Positions 50,195 through 60,579 of a stretch of DNA of 64,000 nucleotides are shown here, one piece after another. A program made the position numbers and the translations under genes. The DNA lies in IMG/VR virus record IMGVR_UViG_3300036783_000170, positions 10,501 to 74,500 of that record; one strand, 5' to 3'. A model generated the notes under the pieces. The model was not told the DNA's origin. It did no database searches and saw only the letters and a program-made list of their open reading frames with translations. This DNA is from a virus (lineage: Duplodnaviria > Caudoviricetes). Every line of letters starts with the position of its first letter. Positions within the stretch are counted from its first letter, which is position 1.

Positions 50195-50695
50195 ATGACC
50201 CCACCCCCAGGCACCATAGGGCTCTCGCGGATCGGCGGCGTCATGGGCGCGGCCATCGGCCTCGGCCAGCTCCTGAACGGCGATGCCTCCAGGTACACGC
50301 ACGCGTTCATCCTGCTGGACGACGGCACCACGCTGGGCGCTTACATGGGCGGCGCGAAGATCATCACCCTGGAGGAGGAGACCCGCCGGCACGGCCAGCC
50401 CGGCTACCTCCGCTACCCGCTGTCGTACGCTCAGCAGCTCAGCGTCGTCTCGATCGCGCGGTCCTACGTCGGCACGCCGTACAGCCTCGTGGAGTACCCG
50501 GCGCTGGCCGCCGTCCGGCTCGGGCTGCCCAACGAGGCGCTGTGCCGGTACGTGGCCGACAGTCATCATATGATCTGCTCGCAGCTCGTCGACCAGATCT
50601 ACCTCGACGCGGGTATCCACCTCTTCTCCGACGGCCGGTCTCCTGGCGCGGTCACGCCCGGCGACCTCGGTAACCTGGCGCTGGAGCTGGCCTGA
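50195..50695 (+). CDS. Permuted NlpC/P60 (YaeF/YiiX-like) papain-fold protein
   Basis: YTHAFI, ARSYVGTPYS, ICSQLVDQIYLDAG, VTPGDL. Confidence 0.8.
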   Translation: MTPPPGTIGLSRIGGVMGAAIGLGQLLNGDASRYTHAFILLDDGTTLGAYMGGAKIITLEEETRRHGQPGYLRYPLSYAQQLSVVSIARSYVGTPYSLVEYPALAAVRLGLPNEALCRYVADSHHMICSQLVDQIYLDAGIHLFSDGRSPGAVTPGDLGNLALELA

Positions 50696-50697
50696 CC

Positions 50698-50732
50698 CTG
50701 TCCTGCGTATCGCGAGGGCCCCGGAATGAGCA
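50698..50732 (+). promoter_or_regulatory. Putative late promoter
   Basis: CTGTCC ... GAATGAGCAG, 26-nt offset. Confidence 0.65.
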
Positions 50733-50759
50733 GGAGACGACTACGTAGGAGGGGCGAAT

Positions 50760-51916
50760 ATGCCTGAGATCGAGCAGCTCGCGGTGCGCAACATGATGCC
50801 GGGACCCACGGTGCTGGGCCTGGACATCAACGGACGCCTGTCCGTCGAGTGGATGGGCGCGAACGACCCCGACGGCAAGGACGTGCAGTACGTCCCCGAC
50901 GAGGTCGCCAAGTCCGTTCAGTTCCGGCGCGCCTGCGAGCGCGGGATCCTCCAGGTGGAGGACGACCCGTCCAGCTCGATCGAGAAGCAGAACGTCGCCT
51001 GGGAGCGCCGGACCACCCAGTCCGACGAGGAGGCGCAGGCGATCATCAGCCAGCTGCCGAAGAACGACTACGTCGGCCTGGAGTGCGTCGGCCCCGGCGG
51101 CCGGGAGGGTGCGACGGTCGACTGCGGGGCCCCGGTGCCGTTGCGGGTCAGCCAGATCGCCACCGTCCCGCCGCTGTGCGAGCGCCACATCCAGCTCTCC
51201 AGCCGGTACGACCCGGAGAAGGTCGTAGAGGAGCGCCAGAACAACGACGGAGAGACGATCCAGGTCACCACCACCCGGTGGCACCTGGCGCGCTGAGAGG
51301 GAGACTGATGGGCTACCAGGAGAGTCCGGACTACGTCCCGGACCCGACGCACATGAGCGGCACGCTGGACACCAGCGGCATCTTCGGCGGCGGCCAGCAC
51401 GAGGACGTGAGGGGGGTCAGCGGGGTCTTCGACGCGGCCGACTCACCGGCCCCCGAGGGCGACGGGAACGTCGTCCCCAACGACGACGAGGTGCGGCTGC
51501 CCGACCGGCCCAGCCCGTTCCCCGAGGGCACCATCGACGCCTCCGACGTGCTCTCCGACGCCGAGATGCGCCAGCGGGTGGACCCGGACGCGCCGCCGCT
51601 CCCGCCGGAGGCGTACACCACGGACCCCGAGGGCAAGCCGCTGCCAGGTAGCGAGCAGGGCGGCTTCGACCCCGCCGAGCACACCGTGCCGGAGGTCAAG
51701 GAGCACCTGTCCGAGGCCGACGAGTCCGAGGCGGCCCGGGTACTCGCGGAGGAGGAGGCCGGGAGGCAGCGCAAGACGCTGATCGGCGAGTTCAACCCGT
51801 CCGAGCACACGGTCGAAGAGGTCAACAAGTACCTGGCCGCTGCCGACGAGGAAGAGCGCGAGCGCGTCCTGGACGCCGAGCGAGCGGACCGGGCCCGCAA
51901 GGGCATCATCGGATAG
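50760..51916 (+). CDS. Two structural-module ORFs (50760-51296; 51308-51916 with two F[D/N]P.EHTV.EV..[H/Y]L repeats)
   Basis: SD motifs; tandem ~40-aa helical repeats. Confidence 0.65.
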
Positions 51917-51932
51917 TCAAGGAGCCAGCGCA

Positions 51933-53303
51933 GTGACCTCTCCAGCCACGGAAGTCGACACCGAAGGCGTCACCGGCAACACCGGCGCCGCCCCCGTCGG
52001 CACGGCCGCCACGTCGGGCAAGGACGTGGAGACCTCGACCGCGCCGGGCGCCGCGTACGGCAGCACGACGCCGGCACCGAACCCCCCGACCGTGTCGGGC
52101 ACCTTCGACACCGAGGCGGCCAACGGCGGCCGGCTGGTGAACAGCCCGACCTCGACCCAGCCGCTGCTGGTGAAGACCCTCGACACCCTCGCCGGTGGCG
52201 GGGAGCCGATCCAGGACGCGAACCCGCCGTACCGGGCCCCGAGCCTGCCGGCGCCCGCGATCATCGTCGACACCACCTGGACGGACCGGCCGACCTCCGA
52301 CGGGCTGCCCCACGTGCCGTCCGCCAACAACGTCGGCGGGACGCTGGAGACCGGGAGCATCGGAGCGGTCCCCGCGCCAGCCAGCCACAACACCCCACCG
52401 GCGCCGTCGGCCCCCACCGTCGTGGCTGCGGCTCGCGGCGTGCAGGTGACCTGGGTGGCCCCGACGCCGGTCTCCGGCGCCCCGACCCTGGGGTACCAGA
52501 TCCAGAGCGACACCGGCGGCGTCCGGTACGCGAACGCGAACCAGCTGACGAAGTTCTTCGACACGCTGACCCCGAACCAGGCGTACAAGTTCCGGGTCGC
52601 GGCCCGCAACTACAACGGCTGGGGCGCCTACTCGGCGTTCTCCTCGACCGCGACCCCGTATAACCCGGACGAGAACGACGCGGGCAAGCCGGCGCCGGGG
52701 CTCACCCCCGACAACCGGGTCAACCCGATCTACAAGCCGGACGGCACCGTCGTGCCGGGCACCGGCGGCTGGCCGACCACCCCCAAGACCGTCGCCGCCG
52801 TGCAGGCCAGCGCGACCACGGCCACCGTCACCTGGGCGGCCCCCGACTACGGGCTGCCTCTGACCAACTACGTCGTTACGGCGTCTACGGGCCAGACCGC
52901 CACCGTCTCCGGCACGACGCTCACCGCGACCGTCACCGGCCTGACCACCGGCACGGCGGTGACCTTCACCGTCAAGGCGGTCAACTCCAAGGGCAGCTTC
53001 ACGTCGGCCCCGTCCAACAGCGTCACCCCGGGGGCGCCGTCGACCCCGAAGACCGTGGCGGCGGCGATCGCCAGCGCTACCTCGGCGACGGTCACCTGGG
53101 CGGCACCGGACTTCGGCCTGCCGCTGACCGGCTACACGGTGACCCCGTCCGTCGGAGGCTCCCCTCAGACCGTGTCGGGGACCACCCTCACGGCCACGAT
53201 GACCGGGCTGACGACGGGGACGCCGGTGACCTTCACGGTGACCGCGACCAACTCTTACGGCACCTTCACCTCGCCGGCCAGCAACTCGATCACGCCGGCC
53301 TGA
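51933..53303 (+). CDS. Fibronectin type III repeat virion protein
   Basis: Three Fn3-like units (V.W.AP...G.P.T.Y.V..S...T.GL..G..Y/V.F.V.A.N..G). Confidence 0.85.
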   Translation: MTSPATEVDTEGVTGNTGAAPVGTAATSGKDVETSTAPGAAYGSTTPAPNPPTVSGTFDTEAANGGRLVNSPTSTQPLLVKTLDTLAGGGEPIQDANPPYRAPSLPAPAIIVDTTWTDRPTSDGLPHVPSANNVGGTLETGSIGAVPAPASHNTPPAPSAPTVVAAARGVQVTWVAPTPVSGAPTLGYQIQSDTGGVRYANANQLTKFFDTLTPNQAYKFRVAARNYNGWGAYSAFSSTATPYNPDENDAGKPAPGLTPDNRVNPIYKPDGTVVPGTGGWPTTPKTVAAVQASATTATVTWAAPDYGLPLTNYVVTASTGQTATVSGTTLTATVTGLTTGTAVTFTVKAVNSKGSFTSAPSNSVTPGAPSTPKTVAAAIASATSATVTWAAPDFGLPLTGYTVTPSVGGSPQTVSGTTLTATMTGLTTGTPVTFTVTATNSYGTFTSPASNSITPA

Positions 53304-53304
53304 C

Positions 53305-54069
53305 GTGTACGCGCTGGGGGCCTCCTCCTTCGGCAGCCAGTCCACTGCGGACCTGGCCGCCGAGCTGGGGGTCCCCATCCCCGTCTCCCGGGCGTACCTG
53401 ACTACCCCTCCGCGCGCGCTCCCGCAGGGCCTGTCTCTCGTAGGCCCGGTAGTGCTCAGCGCCAAGCCGGACCTCGCGCAGCAGGCGGCCGGGCAGCTCG
53501 ACAGGGTCTGGGAGCGCTTCTACGACTCCCTCACCAGGCCGGTAGTGCTCACCATCTGGCACGAGCCGGACAGCAAGGTCCGCGCCAAGCAGCTGACCCT
53601 CCCCGCGTGGTCGGCGGCCTTCCAGCACTGGGTGAGCCACGCGCACGCGTACCGCGAGGCGCACGGCACGCCGCTGACGACCATGCTCAACCTCACCAAC
53701 GGCCCGTGGCGCTGGGCGCCCGAGGACCCGTCCCGGTACCTGGTCGGCGCCCGGCCGGACCTGTTCGGCCTGGACTGCTACCAGGATGTCCCCTCCGACT
53801 GGCTAGTGCCGGAGGAGATGGTCGACGCGCCGTTCGAGTGGGCGCTGACCCACGGCTTCCGCCAGCTCGGCGTGCCGGAGTTCGGGGCGATCAGTGACCC
53901 ACGCCGGTCGCAGTGGGTCGCGGACATGGTCGAGTGGCTCGACCACTGGGACTCCGTACGGTTCGCGAGCTACTGGACAGATCGAGGTAGCAAGTTCGAC
54001 GCCCGCACGGACCCGGCCACGATCCGTGTACTGAAGTCCGCCATCCTGCGCCGCCAGGGATCGTTCTAA
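53305..54069 (+). CDS. GH26-like glycoside hydrolase, no signal peptide
   Basis: TIWHEPD, DLFGLDCY, LGVPEFG, FASYW. Confidence 0.7.
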   Translation: MYALGASSFGSQSTADLAAELGVPIPVSRAYLTTPPRALPQGLSLVGPVVLSAKPDLAQQAAGQLDRVWERFYDSLTRPVVLTIWHEPDSKVRAKQLTLPAWSAAFQHWVSHAHAYREAHGTPLTTMLNLTNGPWRWAPEDPSRYLVGARPDLFGLDCYQDVPSDWLVPEEMVDAPFEWALTHGFRQLGVPEFGAISDPRRSQWVADMVEWLDHWDSVRFASYWTDRGSKFDARTDPATIRVLKSAILRRQGSF

Positions 54070-54086
54070 GCGACTCCCGCCCTCTC

Positions 54087-54121
54087 CTGTCAGCACCTCC
54101 GCCAGGCCGGCTGAATAGGCA
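54087..54121 (+). promoter_or_regulatory. Putative late promoter
   Basis: CTGTCA ... GAATAGGCAG, 26-nt offset. Confidence 0.65.
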
Positions 54122-54144
54122 GGAGACACAGGGAGGACGGGTAC

Positions 54145-55288
54145 GTGGCGACTTACACCGCACGGCTGGGCCTGAAGCGGAATGACGGCTCAGACCCGTT
54201 CAAGAGACAGGACTTCGTCGACAACTACAACCGGCTCGACGCCGCCCCCGGCGTGCACGTCTGTACGTCCTCGACGCGTCCTAGCTGGACCTCGTCACAG
54301 GCCGGCCGGCTGATCTGGGAGACCGACACCAACTCGCTGTTCCACTGGAACGGCACCGCGTTCGTCAGCCAGCTGACGACCCCGCTGTCGTGGGCCGGCG
54401 GAGTGGGGGCCGGGGCCACGCTGTCCCCGAACGCGACGGCGAACTACAACTTCGCCAACATCAACGCCCCCCGCGCGACGAGCCTGATCATCGTCGGCTT
54501 CGCCAGGTTCGCGGCCACCGGCTCTAACCTGGCGGCCGTGAACGTCTACCCGATCCTGGACTCCAACGTGGTCGCGCTGCCGTTCCAGCCGTACACGCAG
54601 TGGATCCTCCGGGACGGCACCCCCTACTACGACCACCGCGAGGTCCCGTTCGCCACCCTGACCCCCGTCACCGCTGGCGCGCACACGGTCGGCGCCCGGG
54701 TCGTGGTGAGCGCCTACCCGCAGGGCGTCCTGGTGGCTGCTATCCGTGGCGTCGCCTTCCTCGCCCAGGGTGCGTAGTGCTCACCGCCGTAGCAGCCGAC
54801 GAGCCCGAGGAGGCCCCTCCGGGCTGGCAGCTCTACCTGGACTACTGCCAGCGCAACTGGGACCGCTGGCTACGCCAGGAGGAGTGCCCGCCGGGTAGGA
54901 CCTGGACCGCGTCCTGGATCGAGATCACGAACCGCTCGACGCCGCTGGAGGGCTGATGGGACTTACCTCTGATCCTCACGACCCCAAGCTGACCCACGGC
55001 GTAGATGACGAGCCGGTAGAGCAGGCTGAGACCTACCTCGTGATGTCCGAAGAGGACCGGGCCAAGGGCTTCGTCCGACCGGTCCGTCGGACGTACTGGC
55101 ACGTGACCTGCGAGCAAGAGACCACGATGGGGGTTGCGCTGGCCGAGACCTACGCCCGCGAGCCTCGCTTCTACGGCGCGACCTACTGCGTCCACTGCAG
55201 GATGCACCGCCCCGTAGGGCCGGCGGGGGAGTTCCACTGGCTGGTCAGCCCCCTGCACTCCGAGGATGACCCCAAGGTCGGGACGTAG
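54145..55288 (+). CDS. Virion protein 54145-54777 plus two small ORFs (~54774-54956, 54956-55288)
   Basis: MATYTARLGL...NYNRLD...GRLIWETDT structural motifs. Confidence 0.6.
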
Positions 55289-55291
55289 CCG

Positions 55292-56173
55292 ATGGTCGAC
55301 ATCGACTTCCGCAACCGGGCTTACATGAGCCGGTACAGCACCGACGTGATCGGCCTCCAGATCCGGTCGGCGGCCACCGGCGAGCTGGTGGACCCGGACG
55401 GCAACGCGATCACCGTCACCCTCACCAACGAGGCGCTGCCGCCGGCACCGGTGTTCTCCCGCGCGGCCACCCGCAATGACGTGGGCGACTACCAGGTCTC
55501 GCTCAGCAGCGGCGAGACGGGCACCCCCGGGAACTACAACATGTCCTGGACGTACGACCTGTCCGGCGTGGCGGACCGGTACGACATGTACTTCGTGGTC
55601 GGGGACGTGACCCCCAAGTACGACCAGCTCTCCCCGGAGATGAAGGCGATCGCCGACTCGGTCTGGACGCGGTTCGCGGATTGCTTCGACTCCCCCCACG
55701 GCGGCCCGAACCTCCAGACGTACTTCCAGACGCACTGGGACCGGGGGCGGGTCGCGGACTGCATGCGCTGGGCGGTCGGCCGGATGAACATCGCCGCGCA
55801 GCCGTACCAGAGCTACACCCTCGACGGCGTCGGGGGTGCGTCCTTCCCGACCTCGCAGTGGGGGGGACTGCTGGAGATGGCCACGTACGTCGAGTGCCTC
55901 AAGCACCTGTGCCGCTCGTACCTGGAGCAGCCGCAGGCGATCCTCGGCGGCAGCGTCTCCCGGCTGGACCGGCGGGACTACTACGACCGCTGGTCGGGGT
56001 GGTTGCGTACCGAGGAGGCCCTCCTGAACCGCGAGTTCGAGGTCTTCAAGATCCGTAACATGGGGCTCGGTCGTGGGCGGGCGCTGGTCTCCGGCGGCGT
56101 CTTTGGGCGGATCGGCACCACCCGGTACGCGGGCATGGTCGCCCGGCCACGACTCTGGACCCGGTTCCTATGA
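55292..56173 (+). CDS. Probable head-tail adaptor/neck protein
   Basis: Ig-like N-terminus plus helical C-terminus; position after the capsid module. Confidence 0.55.
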   Translation: MVDIDFRNRAYMSRYSTDVIGLQIRSAATGELVDPDGNAITVTLTNEALPPAPVFSRAATRNDVGDYQVSLSSGETGTPGNYNMSWTYDLSGVADRYDMYFVVGDVTPKYDQLSPEMKAIADSVWTRFADCFDSPHGGPNLQTYFQTHWDRGRVADCMRWAVGRMNIAAQPYQSYTLDGVGGASFPTSQWGGLLEMATYVECLKHLCRSYLEQPQAILGGSVSRLDRRDYYDRWSGWLRTEEALLNREFEVFKIRNMGLGRGRALVSGGVFGRIGTTRYAGMVARPRLWTRFL

Positions 56174-56697
56174 GCCGCCTGATCTTCCCTCAGGACCGGA
56201 TCGCCTACGTCTACTCGGCGCCAGGCGAGCCGATCCTGATGCCCGACGCGGTCTCGATCACCGTCTACTCCAACGAGGGGATGACCGCGCTGGCGGACAT
56301 CCTCGACCGGGACAGCCACGCCGTCTCCGGGTCGGTCCTCTACGTCGGGTCGGACGGGCTGATCCCCGAGTTCTACGGCCCCGCCGACGGCACCTCCGTC
56401 CTCTGGGGGCGGACGCCGGGCGGGCACCCGTACCAGCTGGACGCGCAGCCAGGGCCGCGCATCACCGCCATCGAGCTGGGCGGTACTGGCGCCGGTGCCC
56501 TGCACTACACGCACGTCCAGGGCTCGGCGGCGACCACCTGGTCGATCACCCACTCCCTGGGGTACGACCCGGCGGGCGTCGTCGTCAAGGACCAGGAGGG
56601 CTCCGTCGTGATCGGGGGCGACATCGACTACGTCAGCGCCGACTCCCTCACCCTGACCTTCAGCGCGGCCTTCTCGGGCACCGCGTACCTGTCGTAG
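56170..56697 (+). CDS. Fibre-associated protein
   Basis: N-terminal FPQD domain; C-terminal TWSITHSLGY...LTLTFSAAFSGTAYL. Confidence 0.65.
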   Translation: MSRLIFPQDRIAYVYSAPGEPILMPDAVSITVYSNEGMTALADILDRDSHAVSGSVLYVGSDGLIPEFYGPADGTSVLWGRTPGGHPYQLDAQPGPRITAIELGGTGAGALHYTHVQGSAATTWSITHSLGYDPAGVVVKDQEGSVVIGGDIDYVSADSLTLTFSAAFSGTAYLS

Positions 56698-56706
56698 GAG
56701 ACACCC

Positions 56707-58206
56707 ATGACCACCAGGCTCGGCTACCCCCTCGACTTCAACTCGACCGAGCTGCTGAACGCCCGGCTGCCGAACAACTCGAGCGACCCGGGCTCGCTGA
56801 CTAGCGGCCAGAAGGGCGCGGTGGAGTTCAACACCACTACCGGGCTGGCGAAGGTCTGGAACGGGTCCTCTTTCGACACCATCAGCAACCTCTTGGAGTC
56901 GGTGTCCGGGTCCGGCGCCATCTCCGTCGGCAGCGTCACCTCGAAGTCGCAGGCGATCTCCATCGCCGCCGCCAGCGGGTCCGTGCCCGGCACCATGAGC
57001 GCGTCCGACTTCACCAAGCTCGGGGCGGCCACCAGCTCCAACACCAACAGCACGATCGTGATGCGGGACGGCAGCGGCAACTTCACCGCAGGCACCATCA
57101 CCGCCGTGCTGACCGGCACCGCGAGCAACGCCTCCGCCCTCAACAGCCAGGCCGCGAGCTTCTACCAGGCCCGCGCCAACCACACCGGCACCCAGACGGC
57201 GTCCACGATCTCCGACCTCGCCACCGTCGTGCAGGCGTACCGACTGGACCAGTTCGCCTCCGCGACCAGCCCGATCTCCGGCGTCGACCCGACCGCGAGC
57301 GCGCACCTGGCGACCAAGAACTACGTCGACTCGCTGGCCATCGGGCTAGACGTGAAGAAGTCCGTCCGCGCGGCCAGCACCGCGACCGTCTCGGTCACCT
57401 ACTCGTCCACCGGCGGCACGTCCGGTCGCGGGCAGATCACGGCAGCCCCGAACACCCTCGACGGCGTCACGCTGGCGGCGAACGACCGGATCTTGCTCAA
57501 GGACCAGGGCACCGGCGCCCAGGACGGCATCTGGGTCGTCACCACGCTGGGCACCGGCGCGAACGGCGTCTGGGACCGCGCCACCGACTGGGACGCCGAC
57601 TCCGACGTGAGCGCCGGTGCCTTCATGTTCATCGAGGAGGGCACCACCAACGCCGACTCCGGCTGGGTACTCACCACGAACAACCCGATCGTCGTCGGCG
57701 GCGCCAGCGGCACGGCGCTGACCTTCACCCAGTTCTCCTCGGCGGCCAGCCTGTCTGCCGGCGACGGCCTGCAGAAGGTCGGGACCGTCATCTCGGCCGT
57801 CGGCACGGCGAACCGGATCACCATCCAGGCCGCCGCCGGGATCGACATCGCGTCCACGTACGTCGGGCAGACCTCGATCACCACGCTGGGCACGATCGCC
57901 ACGGGCACCTGGAGCGCCACCGCGATCGCCATCGCCAAGGGCGGCACCGGCGCGACCACGGCGGCGGCGGCCCTGACCGCGCTGGGCGGCACCACGAAGT
58001 TCTCCGCCACCATTGGGGACAACAGCTCTACGACGCTGACGGTGACCCACAACCTCGGCACCCGGGACGTGATCCCGTTCCTCTACGACGCCACCACGTT
58101 CGAGGAGGTCATGGCCAACCCGATCAACGCGACCACGAACACCGTCACGTTCGGGTTCGTGACCGCGCCGGCCACCAACTCGTTGCGCGCGGTGATCATC
58201 GGATGA
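56707..58206 (+). CDS. Fibre/whisker protein
   Basis: HLATKNYVD, DVKKSVRAAS, TLDGVTLAANDRILLKDQ...QDGIWVV, WDRATD, VTHNLGT motifs common in phage fibres. Confidence 0.75.
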   Translation: MTTRLGYPLDFNSTELLNARLPNNSSDPGSLTSGQKGAVEFNTTTGLAKVWNGSSFDTISNLLESVSGSGAISVGSVTSKSQAISIAAASGSVPGTMSASDFTKLGAATSSNTNSTIVMRDGSGNFTAGTITAVLTGTASNASALNSQAASFYQARANHTGTQTASTISDLATVVQAYRLDQFASATSPISGVDPTASAHLATKNYVDSLAIGLDVKKSVRAASTATVSVTYSSTGGTSGRGQITAAPNTLDGVTLAANDRILLKDQGTGAQDGIWVVTTLGTGANGVWDRATDWDADSDVSAGAFMFIEEGTTNADSGWVLTTNNPIVVGGASGTALTFTQFSSAASLSAGDGLQKVGTVISAVGTANRITIQAAAGIDIASTYVGQTSITTLGTIATGTWSATAIAIAKGGTGATTAAAALTALGGTTKFSATIGDNSSTTLTVTHNLGTRDVIPFLYDATTFEEVMANPINATTNTVTFGFVTAPATNSLRAVIIG

Positions 58207-58935
58207 CCGAGATAGGGACGCGGTACATCGTCCAGGCCCTCCAGGAGGAGGTCGCCCGACTGAACGAGAACCGGATCGTCTTGATGGCTCAGGTAGCCCA
58301 GCAGGCCGACGAGATCGCCCGACTGGCGGGGGAGCTGTCCCGGGCCACGGTGGACGAGGAGTAGCCAGTTGCCGATCCTCAAGAGCTTGCTGAGGCTGCC
58401 CACCAAGAGCAGCAACCCGACCGGCGTCGCGGCCGGCGACTGCTACTACAGCACCAGCACCAACACGGTGTGGACGTACAACGGCACCTCGTGGGTTGAC
58501 ATGAGCCCGGCCACCCTGACGGGGCGCACGATCAGCGGCGCCAGCAACACTCTCTCGGCGATCGCGACGACCTCCCTCGCGGACTTCATCGCGCCACCCG
58601 GGGTCACCTTGAACACCTGGACGACACTCACCCTCACCAACTCTTGGGTCGTGTCCACGGCGCTGGCCGACAGCCCGTCGACGGCGGCGTACTGGGTATC
58701 TCCCACAGGATGGGTGGCGTTTCGAGGGCTGATCAAGTCAGGCACCGCGAACGCGGCTGCGTTCACCATGCCTGCCGGACTGCGGTCGTCGTTCAGCCGG
58801 ATCTTCATCTGCCACGCCAACAGCGGTACGGACACCCAGGCCCGGGTGATCTTCGGGTCTGACGGCACCATGAAGCCGACCCTGACGTGGACCAACCAGC
58901 TGGCCCTGGACAGCATCAACTACCAGGTCGGCTGA
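58203..58935 (+). CDS. 53-aa coiled coil (58203-58364) and fibre-tip-like protein (58369-58935)
   Basis: W..LTL.NSW...AAYW.SP.GWV.FRGLIKSG...AFTMPAGLR pattern. Confidence 0.6.
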
Positions 58936-58942
58936 CAGCTCC

Positions 58943-58976
58943 CTGCCCGCATACAGGCGAGTGCACGGAATAGGCA
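58943..58976 (+). promoter_or_regulatory. Putative late promoter
   Basis: CTGCCC ... GAATAGGCAG, 25-nt offset. Confidence 0.65.
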
Positions 58977-58994
58977 GGACCGAGGAGGTACCGC

Positions 58995-60578
58995 ATGCCC
59001 ATGCCGATCCAGTCGGCGCTGCCGACGTGGGACACGACTGGGCGGTTCCTGTTCCCCCAGGACAGGTTCACCTTCTACCTGAGCAGGGCCGGCGACCCTA
59101 TCCTGATGCCGCCCAAGGTGCCGATCCAGCTCTACCTCGACCCGGCTGGCGCGCACGTGGCCACCGACCTCCGCGACCCGGTCACCGGCGACGCGCTACC
59201 CGATAACACGGTCCTCGTCGGGGACGACGGCCTCGTCTCGCAGTTCTACGGCGCGGTCGGGGTGAAGCTCTACTACGGCCGGCCCTTCGGCGCCACCGCG
59301 ACCTACCCGGTCGAGGCCGCGTACGGGCCGATCCTGGACGCTCTGTACGACTCCGGCTACTCGACCGACGTGGTGCACCTGCCGGACCTGCCGCGCAACG
59401 ACGGCACCGTGATGGTGTGGGACGCCACCTCTGGTAAGCCGCGCCTGATGGCCGTGCTGCCGATCGGCAACATCCCGAGCCTGTCGTCGCTCTACGACGT
59501 GACGGGCGCCGCGACCGCAGCCGCCTCGGCGGCCCAGGCGGCGGCCATCGCCGCTGCCGCGACCGACGCGACGAACAAGGCCAACGGCGCGAAGGCGGCC
59601 AGCATCCCGGTCGACCAGAAGGGCGCGAGTAACGGCGTCGCGACCCTCGATGCCGGCGGCCTGCTCCCTAGCGCCCAACTGCCCCCGCTGGCCATCACCG
59701 ACACGTTCGTGGTGAGTAGCCAGACCGCGATGCTGGCGCTAGCGGCGCACGTCGGAGACGTGGCGGTGCGGACAGACCAGTCCAAGACGTACATCCTGCA
59801 GACCGCCGGGGCCACCGTCCTCTCGCACTGGGTAGAGCTGGCCTCCTCCGGGCTCGGGCAGGTCATCTCCGTCGACGGCCTCACCGGGATCGTCAGCCTC
59901 ACCGCCGTCTACGCCGCCAAGACGCACGCCGCCCAGCACGGCGCCGCAGGCAGTGACCCCGTCACGCCCGCCGCGATCGGCGCGGAGACGCCTACCGGCG
60001 CCCAGACGAAGGCCACGGCCGCGCAGGCTGCTGCAGCCACCGACGCCACGAGCAAGGTGACCGCGCACGCCGCCGCGACCGACCCCCACGGGGACCGGGC
60101 CTTCGCGACCACGGCCGTCTCCAATCACGTCGCCGCGACCGACCCGCACGGCGATCGGTCGGCCGCGTCCACGGCCCTGGCGGCTCACGTCGCGGCCACC
60201 GACCCTCACGGGGACCGCGCCTTCACCACCGCCGCAGTGGCGGCCCACGTCGCGGCGTCGGACCCGCACGCCGACCGGGCCTTCGCGACCGCCGCGATCG
60301 CCACGCACGCGGCTGCCGCCGACCCGCACGGGGACAGGGCTGCGGCGACCACGGCGCTAGCAGCTCACGTAGCCGCCTCAGACCCCCACGGCGACCGCGC
60401 TGACGCGGCCTCGAAGTACCTACCTCTGACCGCTCGCGGCGCCACCAACGGCGTGGCGGCGCTCTCAGGCGGCACGGTGCCCCTCGCGCAGCTCTACGGC
60501 GCCCCCGTACTGGTGCTGAACGTCGGGGACGCGGTACCTGGAGGCACGCCGGCCGGCACCGTGATCGCGAGGCACTGA
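58995..60578 (+). CDS. Fibre protein with six 20-aa DPH repeats
   Basis: FPQD N-domain; GVATLD..G..P..QLP motifs; H.AA.DPH.DR repeats. Confidence 0.75.
   Translation: MPMPIQSALPTWDTTGRFLFPQDRFTFYLSRAGDPILMPPKVPIQLYLDPAGAHVATDLRDPVTGDALPDNTVLVGDDGLVSQFYGAVGVKLYYGRPFGATATYPVEAAYGPILDALYDSGYSTDVVHLPDLPRNDGTVMVWDATSGKPRLMAVLPIGNIPSLSSLYDVTGAATAAASAAQAAAIAAAATDATNKANGAKAASIPVDQKGASNGVATLDAGGLLPSAQLPPLAITDTFVVSSQTAMLALAAHVGDVAVRTDQSKTYILQTAGATVLSHWVELASSGLGQVISVDGLTGIVSLTAVYAAKTHAAQHGAAGSDPVTPAAIGAETPTGAQTKATAAQAAAATDATSKVTAHAAATDPHGDRAFATTAVSNHVAATDPHGDRSAASTALAAHVAATDPHGDRAFTTAAVAAHVAASDPHADRAFATAAIATHAAAADPHGDRAAATTALAAHVAASDPHGDRADAASKYLPLTARGATNGVAALSGGTVPLAQLYGAPVLVLNVGDAVPGGTPAGTVIARH
60066..60410 (+). 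repeat. Six 60-bp coding repeats
   Basis: His codons at 60066, 60126 ... 60366 in exact 60-nt period. Confidence 0.85.
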
Positions 60579-60579
60579 C

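Noticed and set aside
60066-60410. 60-bp repeats as a CRISPR or DGR element
   Set aside because: The repeats are in-frame, degenerate at third positions and have no spacers; no RT or cas genes are present.
544-60578. Long Arg/Pro/Gly-rich alternative-frame and antisense ORFs (e.g. 544-1821, 7722-8978, 21477-23345, 35485-37503, 55981-57306)
   Set aside because: Stop-poor shadows of GC-rich genes, with wrong codon-position bias and no SD.
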